A DNA stretch of 55,523 bases from a virus (Duplodnaviria > Caudoviricetes): the IMG/VR virus record IMGVR_UViG_3300037462_000746, positions 1 through 55,523 of that record. One strand, written 5' to 3'. The notes under the pieces are model-generated. The model saw nothing but the letters and a program-made list of their open reading frames with translations, was not told the DNA's origin and made no database searches. Position 1 is the first letter of the stretch, and each line of letters starts with the position of its first letter. The translations under genes and the position numbers were made by a program. Below are positions 38,424 through 46,100 of the stretch, in pieces.

Positions 38424-39044
38424 TTAATGTAGTGTTAAAGATAAGGGATGAACTGCCTTCGTACCCTTCTCATTTAATTGGGTAAAGCGCAGTATCCCTT
38501 TTTGCGTAGGCTTGACTTCAATGTTCATGTTTTTCAAAAAATCATCTTCCCAAAGTTTCACAGCATCCATCACCATTTCTGAACTAGGGAAAAAACAATC
38601 ATTTGTAATATCATTGAAGGTTGTAAAACCTTCCATTAGATATGTATAGGATTTGTCAAACTCAACTATTTCTAATTCAAATAATCCTTTACTAATATAA
38701 TTTAATAAATTGTCGGAGGTAAACGTTTTGTAAATCCATGTTGAAAAATCCTCCAAAAGAGTAAACGGTAGGTGGTCAGTTTTTTCTGTTTTAGTCGTTG
38801 GACTAAAGTCAAGTTTCATAATTCTTGGTTCAGTCATTGTAAAACTTAGTAACCTCTCCAAATAGTTTAATTCCTCTGAACAAAGAACTTTACATATTTC
38901 TTCATCACTTCCTAGCGTTAACCTTGGAATAAGTTTCGACAAAACTTGAAATGTATATTGATCGGATAAAAACATACAGAACTCATCTTTATTTTCGCTT
39001 GGATGAATCGCAATGGATAATTTAATCGTTGGTACACTATTCAT
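38424..39044 (-). CDS. Hypothetical protein, early family B
   Basis: IKLSIAI / FCMF.SDQ.T..VL. Confidence 0.7.
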   Translation of the reverse strand: MNSVPTIKLSIAIHPSENKDEFCMFLSDQYTFQVLSKLIPRLTLGSDEEICKVLCSEELNYLERLLSFTMTEPRIMKLDFSPTTKTEKTDHLPFTLLEDFSTWIYKTFTSDNLLNYISKGLFELEIVEFDKSYTYLMEGFTTFNDITNDCFFPSSEMVMDAVKLWEDDFLKNMNIEVKPTQKGILRFTQLNEKGTKAVHPLSLTLH

Positions 39045-39828
39045 CGTTTTCTTCCTCTTTTTCCTCGTGAACCTTCTTAGTTAATTCAAATCCAAAAAAT
39101 GGATAAGTTTCCCAAGGTGATAAAATAAACATAATTTCGTACTTATCTTTAAAATATTTGTCATAAAGCCGTGTAAGGTTTTTATTCAAATCTTTTGGAA
39201 TGACTCGGTTTGACTCATTAATGCCGCGTGATTCAAGAAAGTCTTCTACAAATTTATCTGCTATAAATCTTACCCGCAATGTGTACCCCTGATCCATAAA
39301 CTCAAAAAAGTCTTCGTGCATTAAAATATTCAAGAGACACGAGGTTAAGTCCCGTATAAACCGTTTTGAGTTTTCTAGCTTTTGCTTTATTTGCCTATAA
39401 TCACCCTCTTCTACAGGGATATATTCCGGGTTTGCCATTTCATATTCTGCACAAGATATCAACCGTTCTTCCTTATTGTTTGGTTTGTAAAAAGACGGGT
39501 TTTGCTTAAAGTATTCTTCGGCTGATAATAGCTCTAAGTCAGGAACATTCTTTTTACCCATGACTTTATCGCGAAACATTATGTTTCTTAAACCCAGGTT
39601 ACAAATCCGATACAACCTACCCTCCAAATGAAAATTGTGTGGTTCGTTGTTTTTGTTCTTTTTTTCTGCAAGTTCCTGCAAAAGTTGTAACCGTTTTTTG
39701 TAAAAAAAATCATCTTCGGCTAAAATATCCATTGTCTTTTGACCTGTTGGAATTAACCACAGTTCTTCCATGGGAATGGAAACTATCGCTGTCAAATCTA
39801 TAGCTTTGGTGTTTTTATCATAACTCAT
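39037..39828 (-). CDS. Hypothetical protein, early family B
   Basis: IDLTAIV / LWLI...Q.T..IL. Confidence 0.7.
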   Translation of the reverse strand: MSYDKNTKAIDLTAIVSIPMEELWLIPTGQKTMDILAEDDFFYKKRLQLLQELAEKKNKNNEPHNFHLEGRLYRICNLGLRNIMFRDKVMGKKNVPDLELLSAEEYFKQNPSFYKPNNKEERLISCAEYEMANPEYIPVEEGDYRQIKQKLENSKRFIRDLTSCLLNILMHEDFFEFMDQGYTLRVRFIADKFVEDFLESRGINESNRVIPKDLNKNLTRLYDKYFKDKYEIMFILSPWETYPFFGFELTKKVHEEKEEENDE

Positions 39829-40204
39829 CTTCTTCTAAGCCTTTTTCAGTTCTTTCTGCATCCTCATGCCTAATGATAATTGTTTTCCAATCATTAGAAA
39901 GCGTGTATCTCTTGTCATCAAATATAAATTCATAATCATTTATCCGTTTAAAATATACGGTATTGAATGGATGGGACTTATATTTTTCTGTATCCTCTTT
40001 GCAGGGTTTATTTTTCAATTCATTGTGCATACTCTCAAACACACGCCAGAATTCACAAAATAAAATGTTCACATTTTGCCTATGATTTTTAATTTGTTTT
40101 TCATCCATTCTTGTTATCAACCTTTCCTTTAGTTGGGTGTTGAGAAAGATAAAGTGGGGAAAAGGATTTTTTACAATGACTCCCAGGACTTTTCCTCTTA
40201 TCAA
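39818..40204 (-). CDS. Hypothetical protein resembling C-terminus of 40350-41093
   Basis: EFIFDDKRYTLSND.KTIIIR vs EFIFDEGHYSLSKD.KVLIIK. Confidence 0.6.
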   Translation of the reverse strand: MIRGKVLGVIVKNPFPHFIFLNTQLKERLITRMDEKQIKNHRQNVNILFCEFWRVFESMHNELKNKPCKEDTEKYKSHPFNTVYFKRINDYEFIFDDKRYTLSNDWKTIIIRHEDAERTEKGLEEDEL

Positions 40205-40346
40205 ACCTTATTTCTTCTGAAAAGTTAGGAATCTTTTCCTTTAAATCTTCATACATACTTTTCAACCAAAGTCTTGCATTATTAAGGCTAGCCTCGCGTG
40301 TTTTCTCATCATCAATGCTCATTGACCCTTTTTCCCTTCTGTTCAT
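40101..40346 (-). CDS. Hypothetical protein
   Basis: 81 aa; overlaps previous ORF. Confidence 0.45.
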   Translation of the reverse strand: MNRREKGSMSIDDEKTREASLNNARLWLKSMYEDLKEKIPNFSEEIRFDKRKSPGSHCKKSFSPLYLSQHPTKGKVDNKNG

Positions 40347-40349
40347 AAT

Positions 40350-41093
40350 CTAATTTCCCTTCTGTTCACAATCTATAGAGTTGAAATACCAATCCTTGGA
40401 ATCAATTCTTTCCCGCTGTTTAATTATTAATACTTTCTTATCCTTCGATAAAGAGTAATGACCTTCGTCAAAAATAAACTCTCTATCTGATAACATTTCA
40501 TAATCTGTAGTATTAAAATTCCAACCCTTATATTCGTCCCTATCCCATACATAATGTCCACTAACAGTGTTATCATTTTCACCTTTGAATTCGTTATTCA
40601 GTTCACGGAAACATATGTTCAGTGCTGCAAAAATATTATCCATCGTAGGCGAATAATAAGAAATGTCACGAGTGTTTTTCGGACACCGTTTAGAAGTTAT
40701 CTTTATTATATAATTTCCAAACCCATTCGTTCGACCCGTTCCCGTATCAAATAATAACGAAAGAAAATAGTAAACCCTACAGGATGTAAGAAAATAAAAA
40801 TTTATCCTACGCTTTTCATCACCAGAAAAATCATTCTCCAAGTGATGTCGTATATCTTTCATGAACTCATATAAATTCATTATCCTTAAAAAGTTTTTTC
40901 CATTAAACGTTACTGCTTCTTCCAAGTAATCGTTATCCGCTTTTTTCAAAAGCTTTCTTAACTCATTACGCGTTTGAATATCTTTAGCCCAAACTTCAGT
41001 AATATATCTAAGTTTATTGTCGTTCTGGTCGCAGTTTCGAACGTATAAACAAATATTAAGTGTTTTAGGCTTCATCTTTGAGAATTCCTCCAA
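40350..41093 (-). CDS. Hypothetical protein, early family B
   Basis: LNICLYV / EVWAKD.QT...L. Confidence 0.7.
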   Translation of the reverse strand: MEEFSKMKPKTLNICLYVRNCDQNDNKLRYITEVWAKDIQTRNELRKLLKKADNDYLEEAVTFNGKNFLRIMNLYEFMKDIRHHLENDFSGDEKRRINFYFLTSCRVYYFLSLLFDTGTGRTNGFGNYIIKITSKRCPKNTRDISYYSPTMDNIFAALNICFRELNNEFKGENDNTVSGHYVWDRDEYKGWNFNTTDYEMLSDREFIFDEGHYSLSKDKKVLIIKQRERIDSKDWYFNSIDCEQKGN

Positions 41094-41683
41094 GGCTCCC
41101 TTATTCCTTCCAGTTTAATCACATTTTTAGAGCTATCGTATCCATATAAAATCATAGAGAAATACATCAGAAGGATTGTGCCGTTCCTGCCATCGGAATT
41201 GTGAGGTTGTATTGAACGATATAGAGTGTCCAATTCGTTAGCATTCATAATTAAAACATCATTTTTATTAATATCAAACTTCCTATACCTTGAACTAAAA
41301 AAACCATCCTTGGGGTTTGGAACTTCAATCTGCAATGTAATTTCTCTGTTTTTAATCGCAGTGAGAATGTCGTGCCGCATCAATCCAATTAATAATGATT
41401 TTGCTATTTTATCATATACTTGTATTTGCCACTTTATAGGGTAAAAACTTGTATCAATAAATCGCCAGTCAGCCTTTTCCTTGATCATACAACCTGGAGG
41501 CAACTTGCATAAAAATATACACCCCCTTTTCATATCCACATTGTCTTTAAGGTATTTGTGTCCTTCACCATCAGCCCCCAACAAATAAACAAGCCCTTCA
41601 GCAGCGTTCACAAAAAATGTAACGCGAACTACCTTTGGCGTTGGATATTCTTTATCTGGCATGTCTACAAGTTTAGAGTCCAT
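41072..41683 (-). CDS. Hypothetical protein, early family B
   Basis: VRVTFFV / VYLL..D. Confidence 0.7.
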   Translation of the reverse strand: MDSKLVDMPDKEYPTPKVVRVTFFVNAAEGLVYLLGADGEGHKYLKDNVDMKRGCIFLCKLPPGCMIKEKADWRFIDTSFYPIKWQIQVYDKIAKSLLIGLMRHDILTAIKNREITLQIEVPNPKDGFFSSRYRKFDINKNDVLIMNANELDTLYRSIQPHNSDGRNGTILLMYFSMILYGYDSSKNVIKLEGIREPWRNSQR

Positions 41684-41688
41684 TTCCT

Positions 41689-42360
41689 TTATCCTCTGTC
41701 TTTTTGATCTCTAATCGTTAAAAACTTTCCTTCTAACCTATACTCTCTTCTATCAAAATCAAACTTAGTACGCGTTATGTGTGTGTATTCATTAAAAGAA
41801 AATGGCATACCAGGTTTAGTATCTCCTTCGTTACCTTCGTCTATGCTTTCCATCATGTCCAAAGCAGTCTGTCGTAACCCTTTTAATACTTCATGTAAGA
41901 AAAACTTACTAAAGTAAAACGTTTCTTCCGTTTCTTCTTTGGTCTCCAGGTAAAAAGCTATTCCATCGTCCGGAAATTTCATTTGGAAATTATCCGTAAG
42001 CCTAATCATTGCTTTGTAAAGACCTTCTGCTATTTTTTCAAAAAAATGTTTACGATCAAGCTTATTTTCCCAAAAGTTATTCTCTAATAAAGTTAAAGCA
42101 TCGGGATAATAAGAACCAATACATTGATAAACACATAACGTTCCTTCATCAAATACTTCTTTATATTCCTTGAACGTCTCTTCCTTTTGTTCCTGGGTGT
42201 GACAAAAATCTAGATACTGTTCCTTAATCACAGAAGTAATATAGTCCTTTGTTGGCTTATCCTTTGCAAATACCCTTAATACCCATAATGTAGGTGTATC
42301 TTTCTCAACACTGATGCTTATACCTAATTCAATTCGTTCAATTTCATTCGTCATTTTCAT
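41689..42360 (-). CDS. Hypothetical protein, early family B
   Basis: Start after AAAGGAGA; IELGISI / RVFAKD.PT...I. Confidence 0.7.
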   Translation of the reverse strand: MKMTNEIERIELGISISVEKDTPTLWVLRVFAKDKPTKDYITSVIKEQYLDFCHTQEQKEETFKEYKEVFDEGTLCVYQCIGSYYPDALTLLENNFWENKLDRKHFFEKIAEGLYKAMIRLTDNFQMKFPDDGIAFYLETKEETEETFYFSKFFLHEVLKGLRQTALDMMESIDEGNEGDTKPGMPFSFNEYTHITRTKFDFDRREYRLEGKFLTIRDQKDRG

Positions 42361-42367
42361 TCTCCTT

Positions 42368-42769
42368 TTAACATTCAATAATATATACTGGTTTATTAAA
42401 CATATTACACATGACATGGGATAGCGAATCCCTGTCGAGGTTATCTATTTGAGGCACAACACTAATTGATTTCGCATCCACATAATGCTTAAAACCGCGT
42501 ATTGTTTTCCAAAGCTTTTCCTGCTGGTTAATTGCATCAAGAACTACAGCCAAGTTAAACGTATCCCGTCCTGGATACCACACCCTTTCATCTGATATAA
42601 AGGTATCGCCGTGTATGATTTTTTCAGTGTATGGTAGGTATAAAGTATAGCTGAATATAATACCGCTCCTTTTCTCATCCCACCCATACCAATTTCTATA
42701 GTCGTTAATTACTATTGTTAGTTCTTTCTCACAGTCATAGTTAAAAAGTTTTTGTGCTAAATTCGTCAT
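42368..42769 (-). CDS. Hypothetical protein, early family A paralog
   Basis: Ends MFNKPVYII; preceded by repeated leader. Confidence 0.75.
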   Translation of the reverse strand: MTNLAQKLFNYDCEKELTIVINDYRNWYGWDEKRSGIIFSYTLYLPYTEKIIHGDTFISDERVWYPGRDTFNLAVVLDAINQQEKLWKTIRGFKHYVDAKSISVVPQIDNLDRDSLSHVMCNMFNKPVYIIEC

Positions 42770-42793
42770 TTTGGATCTCCTATCCGTTGGTTT

Positions 42794-43219
42794 TTATAAT
42801 ATGTGTACTGGTATATTAAAATACTCTTCCTTGATGTACTTAATAGCTTCAGGCGTTAAGCGACCAAATTCTATTCCACAAATAATAACTATCTTTTCAA
42901 ACCAGATATCTTCTGGCTTCCAAAGAAGACTACCACCTTTACTTAGGTTTTCCCAAAGTTTATATCGTTTGTTTAACTTATCCAGAATAAGTTTTATTTG
43001 ATCTCTCGATACTTCAAGATTGGTTGAATCCGTTCCCCACTCATCGCAAATAATATAAAGCTCATCCTTGTATAATATGTTTTCGTTGATGATTAGCGCA
43101 TATGAAGTTTCTACCCAATTTTCACAATCATTCCTAACGATATTCCATGAAATTTCGTTTAGACATATAGTAATTGAGTTTTTTCTCAAATTTATCTTGT
43201 TTCTTTCTATATTGTTCAT
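42794..43219 (-). CDS. Hypothetical protein, early family A paralog
   Basis: Ends EYFNIPVHIL. Confidence 0.75.
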   Translation of the reverse strand: MNNIERNKINLRKNSITICLNEISWNIVRNDCENWVETSYALIINENILYKDELYIICDEWGTDSTNLEVSRDQIKLILDKLNKRYKLWENLSKGGSLLWKPEDIWFEKIVIICGIEFGRLTPEAIKYIKEEYFNIPVHIL

Positions 43220-43240
43220 TCTTTTACTCCTATTCGTTGG

Positions 43241-43651
43241 TTAAATAACCTTAAAGGGTGTTTCAAAATAATGTTCTTGTAAGTTTTTAGCCGAATCCTC
43301 GCTTACTTCTCCAATATGGCTTACAAACTCAATGCCTTTAACTTTGTTGCAGCTTGGTTCATATTTTCTACCGTTGAAAAACCAAGCAGCTTCTTTTTTA
43401 CCTATTTTGTTGAAGATATTAACTATATTTGAAAGCTTTAACTCATCTTGATTTTCGACCTCATAATCATACTCCCAATCATCCTCATAAATAACTATCT
43501 CATCATGTATAGGTAAGCCACCAGGCATCTGTATTGAATAAAATATATACAATATATCGCTAAAGTTTTCCCTGTCTGCGCTTAGCTCGGTATCATGTAA
43601 TACCACATGCATTACCTCGGTTAGTTCGTTGAATTTCTTTGCATTTTTCAT
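43241..43651 (-). CDS. Hypothetical protein, early family A paralog
   Basis: Ends HYFETPFKVI. Confidence 0.75.
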   Translation of the reverse strand: MKNAKKFNELTEVMHVVLHDTELSADRENFSDILYIFYSIQMPGGLPIHDEIVIYEDDWEYDYEVENQDELKLSNIVNIFNKIGKKEAAWFFNGRKYEPSCNKVKGIEFVSHIGEVSEDSAKNLQEHYFETPFKVI

Positions 43652-43677
43652 AATGGATCTCCTATCCGTTGGTTTCT

Positions 43678-44091
43678 TTAGTTATCAATTTTCCGTTTAA
43701 TCACTAATCTCTCAATAGTTGTGTGCATCACAGTTATAGGACATTTAAACAATTCATCCAAACCATCGTAGGTTTTCCTTGATACATTTTTAATATCAAC
43801 AGTCAATGTTAGCTCAGCGATATTATCAACCTTACCTAAAGCCTTCATCTTTTTAATGATACTTTTAACTATAGGGCGAATGTCGTATTCGCTGTCCCAG
43901 CGGTTATTCAATAGGGCATCATAATAAGAAAGATATAAGCGACTGTTTTCATATTCATAAAGCGTGCGGCTTTCTTCACCACGTATTGCATAGTCATAGT
44001 CAAAAAAATACTTAGCTTTACCCTTTCCTGCATTGGTAATATTTATACAAACTTCTTTTAATTCGGTTTTTAATTCTGTGTTTATAGTCAT
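43678..44091 (-). CDS. Hypothetical protein, early family A paralog
   Basis: Start MTINTE at 44091 after repeated leader; LFKCPITVM. Confidence 0.75.
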   Translation of the reverse strand: MTINTELKTELKEVCINITNAGKGKAKYFFDYDYAIRGEESRTLYEYENSRLYLSYYDALLNNRWDSEYDIRPIVKSIIKKMKALGKVDNIAELTLTVDIKNVSRKTYDGLDELFKCPITVMHTTIERLVIKRKIDN

Positions 44092-44113
44092 AATGGATCT
44101 CCTATCCGTTGGT

Positions 44114-44515
44114 TTAAACAAATTTTACAGGGGTTGAAAAGTATTCGATGGCTATCTTTTTTCTGGCAGCTTCACTTATAGGAGGAACTTCAGAAACAAT
44201 ACTAATCGTATCAGCTGTAAGACAAGCATTGCGCCCATCTTCACCTTCAGCCCACAGTTTATGCTTATCATTGATTCTATTAAGTATATGTTTTAAGGTT
44301 GAATAAGTTACGTTACCGTTTTTGCTAGCTTCTCTCCAATTTTTGGAAACAACCCAAACTGAATGATCATGGCTAACAACTTCTAATTGATCTTTTCCAC
44401 GATAACCATGTTGATAATAAATAACGTATACATCTTTGCCGTTGTGATCTTCCGTTATTACATAATCATATATACATAGTTCTAAAGTGCTTTGGTTTGA
44501 AAGTTTTTCTAACAT
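44114..44515 (-). CDS. Hypothetical protein, early family A paralog (first gene of operon)
   Basis: Ends EYFSTPVKFV. Confidence 0.75.
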   Translation of the reverse strand: MLEKLSNQSTLELCIYDYVITEDHNGKDVYVIYYQHGYRGKDQLEVVSHDHSVWVVSKNWREASKNGNVTYSTLKHILNRINDKHKLWAEGEDGRNACLTADTISIVSEVPPISEAARKKIAIEYFSTPVKFV

Positions 44516-44544
44516 GATATAGACTCCAATTTGTTTACATCCTT

Positions 44545-44573
44545 AACTTACCATCAAAAATGTATACATACAA
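44545..44573 (-). promoter_or_regulatory. Sigma70-like early promoter overlapped by palindrome ATGTATACAT
   Basis: TTGTAT-17-(TGG)TAAGTT upstream of the 10-kb leftward operon. Confidence 0.55.
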
Positions 44574-44904
44574 ATAAAAATTTCTTTATATATACATTTT
44601 ATTAGAAAATAGTATATTTGTTGCAATTATACAACATTCTAATTTTTCAAAACATTACTAATATAATCCAGTATTTCCAAGCCATTCTCTTACCACAATT
44701 CCAAGCCAAAACCCAATCTTAATCCAAAACCGATAGTTTTTATCTAGGTCAAACAAGTGCTAAAATACTCTATTTTAATATATTACTTGTATTTAATGTA
44801 TGTACACGAGTATTTGCTATAGTTTAATGTTATACATTTCATTTGATATACCGTTTAAACTAATAATGATTGATTATTTGCGCGTTAGCGCCTAAAATTT
44901 CCAT

Positions 44905-45014
44905 GTACTGCGAAAGTACAACTGTAATAAATGATAGGCAGACTGTCTTTATTCTTTATTTTTTGTTAGCATATTTCACTCCAACCCGCTTATGTCATTT
45001 CGCGGGTTTTTTTT
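44905..45014 (+). ncRNA. Candidate sRNA 12
   Basis: TTGATT(44870-44875)-17-TAAAAT(44893-44898); hairpin GTACT/AGTAC at +1; terminator AACCCGC/GCGGGTT + T-run. Confidence 0.7.
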
Positions 45015-45050
45015 ATTGACTTACCACTTCTTCAAGTATATTTTCATTAT

Positions 45051-45263
45051 GACTCATACAACTTAATTAGTTTAATGCATGAGGGAATCTCTTAATTGTA
45101 AGGTTTATTTTGTTTCTTAATATTTTTTCGCGACAAAATAAACCTAGAGAGCCTGTGTGGATGCGCCTGTGTGGCTAATAATATATTTTAATGCTTGATA
45201 TAAATGTTTTTGTATCAAAGACTAAAGCTGCTACGTTCAAATAATAGCGTAGCAGTTTTTTCT
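45051..45263 (+). ncRNA. Candidate long structured RNA 13 (about 210 nt)
   Basis: TTGACT(45016-45021)-17-TATTTT; several hairpins; terminator CTGCTACG/CGTAGCAG + T-run. Confidence 0.62.
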
Positions 45264-45297
45264 TTACATAGGGGTTTATTTTTATTACAATAGGCTT

Positions 45298-45391
45298 ACA
45301 AACCTATCATAGTTTGTAAAAATTCTTTTTAGATACTCCAACCCGCACCTATTATTTTAATTAGACTTAGTTCTAGATTGGCGGGTTTTTT
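45298..45391 (+). ncRNA. Candidate sRNA 14
   Basis: TTTACA(45263-45268)-17-TACAAT(45286-45291); hairpin ACAAAC/GTTTGT at +1; terminator AACCCGC/GCGGGTT + T-run; overlaps 3' end of 45357 gene in antisense. Confidence 0.68.
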
Positions 45392-45674
45392 TATTATTAT
45401 CCCCTGTACCTTTATTCCACTCCCTAATGACATCAAACATGTTGCCTAACTTTTTTTGCTGATTAGCTTTCTCCATATATTCAAAAAACTTCTCTTTGGT
45501 TTTGTTTTCATCAAAATACACCACTACATATTCTCCACTTTTATTTCCTATAAATTTCATTGAATCTGTTTCAGTTTCATAAATGATCCTTACAAGTGTT
45601 TCCTTTTTTAGTTTACTTCTATCCAGCATTTGACAAGTTGTGTGATAGAGTTCTTCAAGTTCTTCTCTTTTCAT
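45357..45674 (-). CDS. Hypothetical protein
   Basis: 105 aa, RBS AAGGAAAGGG. Confidence 0.65.
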   Translation of the reverse strand: MKREELEELYHTTCQMLDRSKLKKETLVRIIYETETDSMKFIGNKSGEYVVVYFDENKTKEKFFEYMEKANQQKKLGNMFDVIREWNKGTGDNNKKTRQSRTKSN

Positions 45675-45732
45675 GCCCTTTCCTTATTTTTCTTTAAACA
45701 TGAAGAGCCATCTAAGTTTTTCTGATGCTTCT

Positions 45733-45922
45733 TCACTCATTTTCTAACTTTTTCTCGTTACTATCTTCTTCAAACATATTATTAAACGACTCTTCAAAAA
45801 ACCACTCACATAAGTTCTTTGCTGCTTTTTTGTTCTTCGTTCCAAGTTGCAGTATTAACAGTAGGTATTGGATTAAACCACGGCAACAAATCTTTCCATC
45901 GAATGTATTCTTCATCTGTCAT
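45733..45922 (-). CDS. Small hypothetical protein, possibly frameshifted
   Basis: Starts at 45922 and 45915 are in different frames around an A6 run. Confidence 0.4.
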
Positions 45923-45938
45923 TTTCCTTAGCTCCGTA

Positions 45939-46100
45939 TCATTCATTCAACATCTCTATTTGCCTTTCCAATTTTCCTATTACTCTATCAGTTGTTTCTA
46001 TATATTGATCTGCCAATTTTATATGTTTATTCTGCTTATCTATGATTTTTATCAGTTCACTTTTTTCCATATTTTCATAGTCTATATTTTCATTACTCAT
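45939..46100 (-). CDS. 53-aa coiled-coil hypothetical protein
   Basis: ATGA coupling with 46097 stop; MSNENIDYENMEKSELIKII... Confidence 0.5.
   Translation of the reverse strand: MSNENIDYENMEKSELIKIIDKQNKHIKLADQYIETTDRVIGKLERQIEMLNE

Larger units (their letters stand above)
42773..44115 (-). repeat. Repeated intergenic leader AAACCAACGGATAGGAGATCC (copies 42773-42793, 43226-43242 variant, 43655-43675, 44095-44115)
   Basis: Read directly; each copy contains the SD of the next gene. Confidence 0.9.

Noticed and set aside
42773-44115. Leader repeats as integron attC sites or DGR repeats
   Set aside because: Short, non-palindromic, SD-containing; no integron integrase or reverse transcriptase in the genome
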